A DNA stretch of 64,000 nt from Azolla caroliniana (taxonomy: Eukaryota > Plantae > Polypodiophyta), in assembly GCA_043228905.1 (NCBI GenBank), contig JBHGNT010000009.1:1798001-1862000 (forward strand), written 5' to 3'. A program made the translations under genes and the position numbers. A model generated the notes under the pieces. It was given only the letters and a program-made list of their open reading frames with translations. It was not told where the DNA came from and did no database searches. Position 1 is the first letter of the stretch. Every line of letters starts with the position of its first letter. This document shows positions 1 through 13,220 of this stretch, one piece after another.

Positions 1-1485
1 GGTAATGACTCCCAACTTTCTTAAGCAATGAGTTTTAAATCACATGTGCGCATATTTAAAAATTGTCAGTGATTTTGCCTCTAATAGATAAATTTGACAT
101 TTGTTTACAATTCCATGTATTCACAATGCTAATGCTGGAGGGTGTCAAATAGCAGCAAATTAATGACATGGTGGTGATATTTTAAGATCCTTAAAAGGCC
201 AAAACCACAGGTATGGGACACAAAAAAAGCATGATGAAACAATCTCTTATGTAGTTGTTATTCATGTATTTTAAAGATCACTCTTATGATGAAATAGGGA
301 GCACACACGTCACATTCTACATATAGTATAAGGTGAGATTCGAGCCCTTCAATCAAGTTGCCTATCTTAGTTCGCAATTGCTTAGATTCCTAATGGTGTA
401 TAGACATGAAATTTCTATCTTGAGAATCCTAAATGCTAACAATAATGTACAAAATAAGTGATTCATGAGAGTACAAAGTGAGCACACAAAATGCAACCGA
501 TGAGAAAGATACATTATACCTCATAAAACGATGATGATAGATGCCAATCTATGATGTAATTTACAAGGAAAGAATGGATCCCTACATTTTTACATAATCT
601 AGGTCAACATTAGTCATCAATATCTTATTGGAAATTCTTAAAAGAATCATACATCATCATCATCATTATGGCCAAGACACTATACTAACCTGTATAGAAC
701 TTCACACCATTGGTCGCTTGATATGAAAGCACCACATATTTCAAAGAGAATCATAGACAACCTTATCAAACGGAATAAGATTAAAAAATAACAAATATCA
801 AAATTTGCTACTGTATATTGCAGTGAACCACGTCTGCATGCTAAAGTTTTTGATGGTTTGCACATCTAGTTAACTCACATAACCACCATGACTCATCATT
901 CATTGGATACAAACATCGCTTCATCTGATTTCTTCTAGTATCAAGCCTCATTTGCTTGGGATACTTTATAAGCATAAACCATCATCCACTACATACAAAC
1001 AGGAGATAATGTCTGGCCACTTCTAATAAATTGGTTGGGATGGGAAGAGAGGCAGATAAATTAGAAATCGATCAAAATCAGTCCTCCCTAATTGCTTACA
1101 TCTCTCTAAAAATATGACTAACAGAAAACTACAGTTAATCAAAAAACTATACCTTTCTAGTGTACAGATGCTCCCTTATCTCATACCCCGAAGAGACTTT
1201 CACCAGCATGTGAAACCAAGAATATAAAATACAGTGATTGGACCAAATAATGACTGTACAATATTGACGCCCAATTTAGATATTAGTGAAAGTGATCATG
1301 AATACTGAAGGACAAGATATCCCAAGGTGACTGAAACGAAACCTCTCAATCAGAACAAACAAACTAGGAATCACAAGGCAAGAATTTCCCAGCAATACAA
1401 AGACTAATACACATTTATACAGCAAACAGTCTATATTCAAATTACAGGTATAGGCTTGTCAGCAAAATCACACTGAAAGGACCCC

Positions 1486-4400
1486 TTACAATTCAGTCAA
1501 TCCTTCTAATTCTTTGATCAAAAGTTCCTTCTCTTCATGAAATTGCTCATCTTCTGTAATGCAAACAGCATAACTTCATGCCTATCTTATATATGATTTA
1601 CTTAACATAAAGTCAAACATAAATAGATCCATGCATGACACTTTCACAGTTGTTTCATGACACCTAAACCCTAAATTCTAAGTAGCATGCAAATATAAGA
1701 TCACAGCTAAATACCTGAAGTTTAAAGAAGTAGATAAATGATGAGAAAAAGAAAGGGAGAGCACCTTTATCAAGATGAAATTCCTCCAAAAAGGCCAACA
1801 GCTTATTGCGATTTTGTAATAAGATTTTTACTATAGAGGATGGCTTTCGGGGATTGGCAACAAAGACCTAGATTAGAACACAAAAGTGAACATTCAGATT
1901 CTGCAAATGGATTAGTACACAAGACTCATACTTCAAAGATTAGTGATGTTGCGAATTAATTTCCTACCTTCCCCCTGAAGGTAAACATTTGCATCGATAC
2001 AGAAATGATAAAGGGAAAAACCTAAAATACTCTTGATTTTTTGAATACCCATTTGAGTATTTATATGGTCAATTCATCCCCTCTTTTGAATTACATCTGC
2101 TATTCGGATCAGTATATGGTCATATATCTCTTGTTTCTCTCTTTTAAGGAGTCACCTAGGGGCATTCAGAGAAATAAACAGAAAACAACCCAAAACACTT
2201 AACTCTAAATGTGCAATGTTTGTGATGTCAGATGCATCATGAATTCAAACATCAACTAATTCTACATACTTGCAAAGTAATAAATAGGCCAAGTTTGCAA
2301 AAATTCTCCTTAGTTAAAGCTATATATTTCTCTCTAAGTAGGGAACTTAGATACCAATCATTTAATTCCAATCTGAGCCTAATCATTTTAATGCCGATCT
2401 TACTGAACCTATCCATCCATTCCACCCTTCCCTAGTTCCTCACTCTCCATTCCCGTCCTTGATTGATGAATGATTAAGTCTTAACAAAAACGATGTGAAA
2501 ATGTCAATTAACTGAGAAAGAGCAGTAAATGTTTACTATGATGCCAGTAAGTAAATCTTCCTACTGTAGAGATAATTCTGAAGCTATGTGGGCCTACTCC
2601 TAGGACACAGAACAGTAAGGTTTTCTCAAGGCAGTATGACATTATGCCACAGAAATGTATAGAGGTGATTGCCCTATGGATAATTATATGGTTATGAAAG
2701 TAGAATATTGTCAAGTTTTCATTTTAATGACTAAAAATATCATGTGAAGATACATTCAGTGGGTAAAATCCATTAGTTTTGTGCTATATGCAAGATATGG
2801 ACTACACACTCAGCCATTATTGGCATTTAACACAACATGCTGTTTCCTCGTCCTATGGATATAATTCTGCCGTTTATTTTAGGTTGAAAATATTCTTGGT
2901 ATAAATAGAAGCTCTATTTCGGTGATTTACTATGAGACATATTAAATCCTTATTTTGTGGTCATATGACATCATGCTTTCTTACAGCTTTGCTTTCTATA
3001 TGTGCACTATACCACCTTGTAAGTAGCCCCCAATCATGGAAGTAACATGGAAACACCTATGGTCATCTTTCATTTAGGATCAGCAGAGAATAAAACCAAA
3101 CCTTGAACATATGAAAGGCCAGCAACTGAATATTTTTGCTCGTGTCCTGCATCAGTCAAAGAGTCCAAAATTTTCTATATTCAACTATAAAAGCCAAAAT
3201 TAAAAAATAAATAGGTATGTCACCTTGAGCAACATCATTATCGTCCTAAGATTTCGAACTTCTGAGATATACTGCATCATGACGTTAGCATGTGGCTTTT
3301 CTAGTAGGATATCACCCAAAAGCTGTGGGATAAGAAAACCACTCACACATATTACAGATGCTGCATCAAAGAAAAAACCCTTAAAAGTTTAAACAATTAC
3401 ACTCCCTGAGAAAAACATTGTCCCTATGACTTTTCTAATATGATATCACCACCCAAATGCTGTGGCCATAAGAAAATCAATCACTCACATGACAGTTGCA
3501 TTAAAGAAGAAAACTCTTAATTGAGTGAATAATTGCTTTCCTCTCTCAAATGAAAAAATATATATTTTCTTGGAGTGTAGATGCACTATTAATTACTTTA
3601 AGAGATTGCCGTCTTGTAACATAGTTCACTGAAGTGAGAAGCCGCTCGTACATACTGAAAAACTGTGACCATTAAGATCATCATTAATTTAGTTAGATAT
3701 CTTGCAAAAAGGACACAAAGAGAGAGTACAAATGCCTATCACCTTGACATAATGGGAACTAAGATACTCAGCTACCAATACTTCGTGCCTTGTCAAGAGA
3801 TCCTAAAATCAAACCATTCAAGAAAGTTTTGTTACGTTGAATGTGTCAAATTAAATCATTCCATTTATATTAAAATGAAAACAAATATAAATTACCAACC
3901 TTAAATGTCATGAATGCATCTGAAGCAATATCAAAGTTTGAGAGTTCAACATAGTCAAAAAATAAGTCAAAACTAGAAGATTCAAGCAAAAATCTGCAAA
4001 TAAAAACAAGTTCAGGACAAACACTTGCTAAAAAAAGGAATTTCTAAAGAAAAATCTACTTTGAAGGAATATCAAACTCAAAAAATGGCATTACTTTGTA
4101 ATAGTTGGATATCGAGCACAATCCCTCAAAATGTTGCCGGCATTTAAAGCCACCTCCTTATTTTGGTAACTGCAATAAACAATGGAGGAATCTGGCCTTT
4201 ATCCTTGATGTATGAGCTTTACAAAAAGACGGAACTTTTGGAAAGATGATGCAAAAACACATCTCATGTACAAGAACAAATGAACTGTTTACACTAGTGG
4301 TACATAATTATTACACCATGGTTCGCAATCAACAGAAATTTAATGCAAGGAACTTTTCCACGCCCAATATTTATCTAATTAAACTTCCCAACTGATAAAT

Positions 4401-7400
4401 TCATTCCATTAGGATAGCCAAGTAAACAGCGCCCCAATGCTTAATTGAAATGATGGTACAGCATGTAAGCTGTCACATCAAACAAACCCAGATGATCACT
4501 TTTAAATATGGATGAAATACTTTAGTGGATCAATCTAGAAATAATCCAAGAATCAACACAATTCTCAAACAGAGAGCATTCAAATTCATTGGAAAGATCC
4601 TCCAATAAAAATTTCCAACATTTACAATAGAAACATGATAAATCTTGACTTTATGATTATTTCCCACTTAAGGGATCATTATCATGCACAGACGCAGGTA
4701 TAATTTAATGAAAATAAATAACCTCTGTCACAAGAGACAGGAACTTTAATAATCAGGATACATAGTCCTTGGATAACTCTATTCTTTGAGTAGCATGTTC
4801 TGGCTTTCTTCTCTCACGGGGCATTGTGTACTTTAAAGAAGTTAAAATATGGTTTTTTGTTCTCTTATCATTTTGAGTGCTCATGTGATGACAATTACTT
4901 GTCAACAACTTTCATCATTGGTGTGCCTCTTCACATCCCATATTATGACATCTAATCCTTTTACAACTTACACTGCCCAGACTTGCTCCCCCCCTTCCTT
5001 TAGTTAATAAAAATTTATTAATCACTTTACTGTAACCCTTCTTCATGGCCACAGGACCATCAATAATTTCTTCATAGCCAAAGGAACCATCACCAACTTC
5101 TTCTTAGCCACAGCTCCACCCATGTGTGTCCCCCAGAGCTCAATACACAATAGAACACATCCTAGAGGCTTCAACTTAGAGACACCTATAGAAACAGCAA
5201 CGACCTCAGGAACCTAGTCCAGAAGCTCGCTATTTCAAACAGATAAATGCCATCACATCCCAACCTAGGAGTCGCAGGAGGACACACTCAGTATTTCCTT
5301 ATAATTTATTTATACACTATCTATCACATTTATGATGAGATATAATTATATCAGTTTATACTCTTTTATAAAGATACTTTGGCCTCATTGATCAATTAGC
5401 CTTTTATAACAATAATATCTACTTTAGTTCTTTCTTTCTAACTATATAACAATGCAACGTATTGCTTGCTTTTTTATAGTTCTATCCATGACTCCAAGTG
5501 GAATGCAAGACCTTCCCATTATCAAATACATTCTATAATCATTTAATTCAGCAGTACTCCTCAAGCTTATATGGGTCCAATCATCTTCTTATACATAATA
5601 CAAGCTCATGTAGTCAAGAGCAAAAAATAGGTTATCAAATACCAACATCAGGGGATATAATTATAAAACTATGAAACTCAAGAAGAAAACAAGAAATATT
5701 GATGCCAAAATCATTTTGGCATGACATGATGTTGCAATCGATTAGGTCACCACTATATTTTCAGGTTCATGAAATGAAGCCATATTGGCCCCTAAGGATT
5801 GTTTTAATTATTTCAATAAATATTTACAAAGTGCAAAAGATATAGTAAAGCTTACCATAATACAAGAAATTCAAGCAAATGTGTATGATTCTCAATATAC
5901 TCAAGACAGCAGTTACTGGAGCCCACCTTCTGTCTCAGCAATGTGCCCCAGATATTAACAGAATCTTTCCTGGCCTATTAAAAAATAACAAGCAACATAA
6001 TGACAATGTTTTAGCATATAAAGTGTGTATATTCCTGGAAATTTGAACGAAATTGTTTAGAATCTACTTACGTCCCAAGACAGCATTGGGAGGTTCAGAA
6101 TGAGCAATTCTATGAAATCTTCTTTACAAACTTCCAGTACAATCTGAGTTATTTGTTCATTGTTTGGTTCAGTATCGGCATCACCAAGTAGCATCTGCTT
6201 GATAACAACAAGGTTTTTTTCTACCTCCTCAAGGACCTAAAAGAAAAATAACTTAAAACTAGTCAAACCACAGCAATATGTTAAAGAACATTAGATGGTG
6301 TAAAGTAATAACATATAATATTTGTGAGAGAAACCATAAAAAGATCTGAGTCAGAAAAGAAAGAATATGTTATTTTAAAGAGCGGAAGCCAGGGATTTGA
6401 AAAAAGCAATGCCATTCTAAGAAGAAGAATATCAAACTTAAATATGGATAAACTATTAAACTACCTAAGGTACTGAATGTTATTCTTAGCACATAAAATT
6501 CTGAGGCACATAAAATTCTGAGGTTAGATGGACTAATAACTTATGCCTTTGGGAGAACTCCAACATAGGGCAACCCAAGATGGAAAGGTCTGCAAAGGAA
6601 GGAAAGCACCGTCAGTGTCTGGTGATAATGACCTTGATTAGTCAATAACAAGGGAGACATGGTGGTGGTCCAAATGGATATATCAGACATATGCAATAAA
6701 TTGCTAGTGTCTGATCGATTACTCATTTCAAAGGCTAAGGTCGTGACACTAATTGTGTAACCTTTGATTGGCTTGTTGTATGAGTAATTGTGCTAAAAAA
6801 GGTTATGACAGTTCTTTCCCAATGAGTTTTTGTGTCTGTGTTGTTTAACTTTCAACTTCTCTCCATGTCTCTTAATTTCTAACAAGAACAATACTAAGTA
6901 TCTTTGGTCTTCATACTCCATTACCTTGTGGTCAGCATACCAACAATGAGTGCCTCCCTTTTCTATCTTATGTTTTGAAAATACTACCTTTGGGAGCTTC
7001 CAAAGCCAATAGATACAAGCCACCGATTGGAATAGTGCCTCTATCACTATTGGGATTCTTCCCATGTCTCGAAAGCTTGAAAATGTTACTTCTCAGTATT
7101 TTTAGGATCAAGAGTGCCGTCTTTTCCTATCCCAATAAGAATTCTGTTTCTGATCTTGCAGCCTATGCTTGACCATCACTTTAGTTTCATAAAGATTTAT
7201 CAACAAAGTTTTATCAGTAAAAACAACTTTGAAGCATCTCGATATCTTTGTAGTTCCTCCGGCAAGTCAGAAATCAGCACAATGTCAATAGCATATAGTA
7301 ATATCTATATGGCTATCTCTGCCCAGCATGCCCCTGAGCCACCCAATCAATATATGAAAGTGAGCATCCTTGTTTCACTCCAATCATGTTGCTCACTACC

Positions 7401-8037
7401 TCTAACAACACATTATATGGTCCACAGATTCCCCATTTCATATCTACTAGGAGTCAGCGGGCTTCTAGTTGGTGCATGAGCCAAGCACCTGGTACAATGT
7501 CAAAGGCCTTCCGAAATCTAGATACTCCTTTAATAGGCCCTTTCTTCCTTGATAAGAGCCCAAAGGGTCAGTATTATTTGTGGCTGAAGCATAATCAGGG
7601 TATACGATTTAGAAACATGTCTATGCCATGAATAGTGCATCTGGCAGGATAGTGTAAATGTATGTTGGGGTGTATGTAGATGAATAGGATAAACAGAAAT
7701 GGTAAGTCAACAATCAAATTATGAGAATTATGGTTGAAAAGTAAGATTTGAAAGATAATCCGATCAGAAACTATTGATTTGTGGTAATGAAAAAGAAAAA
7801 AGGTGCATTCAAACGCAAAGAAGAAATGGCAAAAAAAAAAAAAGAGAGATCTTCAGCAAGACAACAAAAATCAAACCCCATACATTTTCTGGTGATAAAA
7901 TTTGAAAGGAAATGATGAATCCATGATACAACAATGTAAGGAAATGTGTACCTTAAAAAAAAAGATTCGGTAATACATACATACGAACAGATACCTACGC
8001 CTATATAGACAAATATAGACCCGCAGAGAATTGAAAT

Positions 8038-8108
<71 letters not shown>

Positions 8109-8247
8109 GAACCTTTTCAGAAGAGGAGGCAGCGATGGCGGAGGAGGATCGGAGAGAGAGCAGAGAAAAGCGGGTGGCCTTCACGATTTCTGAAGCAGAC
8201 TTGGTCTTGGAGGGCTTGCTGAAGAAGGAGAAGGACGACATGGACAT
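1486..8247 (-). CDS. MO25: MO25/CAB39-like scaffold protein (At5g18940-type), 11 exons, ~342 aa
   Basis: Hand-spliced GT-AG exons: 8247-8113, 6236-6072, 5974-5856, 4169-4095, 3993-3900, 3802-3743, 3662-3597, 3322-3224, 3146-3102, 1867-1765, 1553-1486 (1029 nt, open frame). Peptide includes MSSFSFFSKPSKTKS, VLEEVEKN, DTEPNNEQ, NFDIASDAFMTFKDLLTRH, NYVTRRQSLKLLGDILLE, SKNIQLLAFHMFKVFVANP and EDEQFHEEKELLIKEL, all recognisable MO25 motifs. Confidence 0.93.
6550..7650 (-). mobile_element. Degenerate non-LTR (LINE) reverse-transcriptase relic in MO25 intron 1
   Basis: Minus-strand reading gives LDFRKAFDIVP (~7490-7525), GVKQGCSLS (~7355-7380) and LYAIDIVLISD (decayed YADD, ~7265-7300), broken by stops and frameshifts. 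Boundaries approximate. Confidence 0.7.
8040..8107. repeat. (GA)n microsatellite immediately after the MO25 exon-1 donor
   Basis: About 34 perfect GA units. Reads (CT)n on the MO25 sense strand. Confidence 0.97.
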
Positions 8248-8312
8248 GGCTAATATCTCCCTGAAGAAGGAGCATGAAACTCAGAAGAAGAAGCATTCAT
8301 ATTTCCTTAATT

Positions 8313-8420
8313 ACTTGCTTTTTGCTTTTTGCCTTTTGCTTTTTGCTTTTTGCTTTTTGCCTTTTGCCTTTTGCCTTTTGCCTTTTGCCTTTTGCCTTTT
8401 GCCTTTTGCATTTTGGCCTT
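8313..8420. repeat. 7-mer tandem array (TTTTGC[C/T])n upstream of the MO25 ATG
   Basis: About 15 consecutive TTTTGCT/TTTTGCC units. Confidence 0.92.
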
Positions 8421-11400
8421 TCAAAAACAATGGATGGTACTCCTTTAATAATTTTGGTGGGGGTAGGTCTCACGAGAGTAGGATATGCTCTCGCACTTCT
8501 TTAACGAGGCACCAATACCTTCTCCCTGGATCATGGCTCGATGACTATCTAGGCCGGGTTTCAGAACACGAAAACTTTGTGGAGAGGGATATCATGAGCT
8601 TCTCCTATTACCGGGATTTTGTTCCACACAAAGGGCATGTTAAGCCAAAACGCATATCGCCCTTTTGCTTCTTTGCTTCTTACCTTTTCTTTCTTCTTAT
8701 GTTTTTGAGCTTTGTGGTAATAGTCACATAAATCTATGGCTCTCGGGTTCCAATCTTACTAATGTCCTTTGATTTATAAGATGGCCTTGAGAAATGTAAG
8801 TTTTCAAACATTTTTCTTTGGTCCACTTTATCATTATGGGGACATTCACTTACACCTGCTCATAAGTCCTCTTTCCCATGAATTAACATTCCCTCATAAT
8901 GACAGTATTGATGCATTATAACGTCACCTAAAAATGCTTATGTTTTTCCTAGGATTCAGTCTCATAAGACACATTTAGGCTTCGATGAAGGCAATTGGTC
9001 TCCCTCTTTCTCTGTCACTCTCATATAAAAGTGTGTAATATTAAAACAACACAACAATACAAAAAACCGGTATTGTCCCTAGCACAACAGTGAGGATCTT
9101 ATGGCAAGGTAAACACTCTAAGGCCTTGTAAGACTACTTCATGTAATGAAACTTCTCTAAAGACCAAGTATTTACAAAGCTTAGTTGCAAAGACTACCAA
9201 ATAAAATTTCCTTTCAACCCATATACATGTTGAGAATCTCTTACTAAACCCTAAACCAAATTAAGTAAAGAAAGGTGAAAATATTAGACACAAGAACTCA
9301 ATCCTCCAAACCACTCCCAAGTTGTGATTAAGACATAACCAACCTACCACCAACATCCCATACCAACAGATATTAGGATAACTAGTAGCTTTGAAGAGGT
9401 AACATGATCATTGCGATGGAAGCCTAGTCCAGACTATTGGTGTTTCATGACTTCAACCTTCCGACATAATGTGTCTTATGAGGGTAGCTAGGCCTCATAT
9501 CAATGCTTATTGTTAGGTCCCTTGAATATATGTTTTTCTTTTTTAAAACGTGGCATCCATTGGCTGTCAAGATCATGATGGTGGATGCACCCCTTGGTAG
9601 TTGAATAACATATCCAATGAAGAGAGCATTGCCTTACCAATAGAGTGTGGACAATGTCTCAATATGTAGTAATTAAAGGTGTTCCCTTTATATACCCCAA
9701 CACATAGGCTATTACACCACCATCCATTCCCAAGTTCCATAGGTCCTTATGTTTACATTCCAATCCCGAGGAGAATTGGCTTCCCAACTATCTTATGCTT
9801 AACCCATTAAAACTAGTTATAGATTTTTTCCTTCAAGGTATGCATAATCTTGGAGGCTCTTTCCAAAGTGTTGTAACAAGCTCATTTCAAATGATAATTG
9901 TTATTTTGCCAATATTTGTATTGAAACAAGCTATGTTTTGTGTTCGAAATATCGATTAAATTTGTTCAAAACTAAATATTGGAACAAAATGTTTTGGATT
10001 GTGAAAGTTCTTTTTCGCAAAAAGGAGATGGGAAGATATGCGAAAAACTTCATTGAATCTATTGTTGAGGACAACGAAGAACCTGACTCGTTAGGCAGCA
10101 TGAGGGGACCATCATCTTGAGAGTGGGAGAACACCCCGTTTATAATAAAAGCATGGGGATATGGGCATTCAAGGATCTCACTAATGGGAATTGTTAGAGT
10201 CTAACTAATTAATTAAGCAAAACATAAGGAATTATAGACCAAAGAAAGGAAAGACGGGTGCCAAACCACTAACCGCCCCCTAGCAACGACGTGAGATGGG
10301 CGTAATACCACTTATAGATTCCCATTTTTTTGTACACTTGGAGATTTTTAATACCACTCACCAAAAGGTAGTGAATAACTCTATATTTCCAACTTCAGTG
10401 CCATCATTTGTTACTAAAAATCTAACGTAGTCACGAGTCATGTGTATATAAGGCCATAAAGATATGTGAGAGGATATAAGATATGTGTGATACAAGTGGC
10501 ACATAAAATGAGAGAATGAGTTGGTTGGTAGCCTAAGGGCGAGAGTCCACGAATAATGAAGGACGATTAGTTCTTTGTGGTGGAAAATTATCTCTTTCTG
10601 TGAAGGAATGAGATTTACTTGTAGAGTCATCCCATTGTAGAGAACCCAACTATATCTCTATGTTGTAAGAGACGGAGGGTTATTGTGCACAAGGACTACC
10701 ATGACAAATAGCTTATTATCCCTTGATTGACGATTAAACATAGGGATTGACCACTAATTACCTTTAGCCAACCAAATGTGCTTGCCAATTTGAGTGTCTC
10801 AGAACATCCACTAGTATTTGGACCCCCATTGATTTTGTCAAAGATTGACATTCAAGCCTTATTTTGTTTTTTAATTGAAAGATAAATGTATTCAGACTTC
10901 ATTAGGCGAAAAAATATTCGTATTCAACATCTTCTTATGTAACCAATGTTCCATAATTGAGTTTTAAATGTCGTGAAGGGCTTTCAAAGCATTACTTATA
11001 CATAAACTTTTGAGCAATAAAAAAATGCATGCATAACATTGTTATAAAGATTACATAAGTGCAACTTAGAGTAATTTTACAATATGAAACTATGGTCTCA
11101 CATAAATTTATGATGGAATATGCATATGATCATAATAAAAAATATTGTGTCCTAGATTTTCAAAGGAATTTCTATTGATATGTAGAACGGATAGATCATT
11201 GTAAAACATGCAACATGATTGATCAATGAACAAGTGTATTTGAGGCATTTTTAGATAGATGGCTTCCAAGAAAGAGTGGGTAAAGTTTTAAAATTGCACA
11301 AGAGAGTTTTGTGTCGTCACATTCAAAAACAAAGTTGACTATGATTTTCCATAGTTATGCGTTAAAGGATAAATATGGCGAGAGATGTTGGAGACAAAAT

Positions 11401-11551
11401 TGAGGTATAGAGAACAAAAAGGCTCATTAAATGCAACCTAACCAAGAATGAAATGAAGATAAAAAAAGCAATGCCATAAAAATTTGAGGGGTTCAGGCAA
11501 GTAATAAGAGGAATGCAAGGGATAGAAGAGAAGAAAGTAAAGAAATGAAAC

Positions 11552-11650
11552 TGAGAAGGCTAGAGTGAGTTTTTTGCTGAAATTTGTTGGTCTTTGATGT
11601 ACTTTGTTTGCTAACTAATGCAAAGTAGTGTTTTTTTGGAGAAAAAAAAA
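11552..11650 (+). mobile_element. Severely 5'-truncated copy (3' end plus A-tail) of the LINE family at 29469-35638
   Basis: TGAGAAGGCTAGAGTGAG...TTTGTTTGCTAACTAATGCAAAGTAGTGTTTTTTTGGAGAAAAAAAAA aligns with the LINE end TGAGAAGGCCAGAGTGAG...TTTGTTTGCTAATTAATGCAAAGTAGTGTTTTTTTAGGAAAAAAAAAA (35541-35638). Confidence 0.85.
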
Positions 11651-12989
11651 CAAATATTAGCAAAATAACAAGAAGGCAATGAATCAATAGCCCATGATTA
11701 ACATTGATCTACTTCATATCGGGAGAGAACTCCCCAATTTATACATTATAGATAACAATGCATCAACTATGTTTGCAACCTCTGGGCCTTTACAACAAGG
11801 CAAGGGTCAAAACTCTACAACATGATCAAAATAAACTTTGCAATAGAATACACTCTCTCCATCTTAAAATGTAGTAGAATTTCTCAACCTTAGAATACAA
11901 TACAATCTCTCAACCTACATACTAACACAACCTTTATGATGAACCCCTTGATTGTTTGTGACAATTATGGTTATCACATGCTACTCACATTGGCTCCATC
12001 TTGATTGGCACCCTAAGTTTTGTTAGAAACTTTCATGGCCACATTGCTTTGCATTCAACATAACATGTAGTTGTGATGATTGGCAACAAATAGATACATG
12101 TGTGGGTGGAACCTACATGGTTCTTGACTAAGAGATAGATGGAAGTCAATGAAAGCAAGTAGGGTATAAGAATTGAACAAGAATAGAGGATTAAGATGGT
12201 AGGCAATAGGCAATGGATGTGAAAAGTGATATAATTGCCTACATGTGAAAGAATATATGTTTATAATCTTAGCTACACTTAGAATGCATTTTAATTGTGC
12301 ATGGACGCTCAACTCGCAATATCTAGTCATCTTTTGCAATCATATGTTTACAAAAAGTATTTTTCGCGATTTTAGCCTAGGTGGGGATTAGATTCATAAG
12401 TTGTAACCTTTAGGTTGACAATCATATACTTTAACCGAACAAGCTAAGAATTGATATAATTTTCTTTCCCTTGAAGTTACCAAACACTAAAGATTAACTA
12501 TGTGCTTGGTAGTTTTTGACGTATTACAAAATCAAGTATGAGTTTTTCCATAAAATCCATTATAATGTGAAATGGGAGAATGTGCTTGTTTTTGTAGGCA
12601 ATTCACATTGTGTACAAAAGATAACACAAATGCTTTGCTTCCACTAAGAACAACGAAACATATTTAATTGTCTCCTTGGCCTATGAAAATATTTTGAACC
12701 CCGAGGAGAAATAAAACCTAGAAGTTGATCATAGACAATGGGATGGAGTTAGTTACACACATGCAAAAATAATGATGCCTAGAGTGCTTTGAAGGAGAGG
12801 GACAAATCCTTATTTGTTCATGTTAATGAAATCAAATCTGTACAACCTCTTCTAAGCTTTGTAAAAACCAAATTGCATACGATGTTATGATGACTTTGCG
12901 ATTCAATTTCAACTTGTCAAAAACCTCAAATATTTTCCTATTTCATGTATCCTTGGATTTTCTTTAAATATCTCCTTGCTAAGCATACC

Positions 12990-13220
12990 ATCTAAGAAGA
13001 TGTTGGATTCATGTCTTCGACCAAACAAACCGTCTTTTGGGAACCTAGCTCCTCATGTTGAAAGAAAAACGGAACGATAACTTTCGAACATGTATTGATT
13101 ACAATATTTGAACTATGAGCAATATATGGTTCTTTGCATTCATAGTTTGCTTGAAAAGGTTAAAAAAGCCATTATGCTTTACCTAGATAGATTGAGATTC
13201 GGCTATAATCAAATCCAACA
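12990..13220 (+). mobile_element. Ty3/gypsy reverse-transcriptase relic
   Basis: Fragments LKEKRNDNFRTCIDY (cf. KKKDGTFRMCVDY) and LRFGYNQI (cf. DLRSGYHQI) occur in the expected order, with frameshifts. Confidence 0.6.

Noticed and set aside
500-1160. Donor/acceptor-like sites on the minus strand downstream of the MO25 stop
   Set aside because: No coherent reading frame could be assembled. They may be 3'-UTR introns but are unsupported without cDNA.
8031-8731. Plus-strand ORFs of 63-198 aa (ERERER, FAFCLLP repeats)
   Set aside because: Artefacts of the GA and TTTTGCC repeats and of antisense reading of MO25 exon 1.
10190-10750. Possible solo LTR (TGTTAG start, TATATAA inside)
   Set aside because: No matching end, TSD or second LTR identified.
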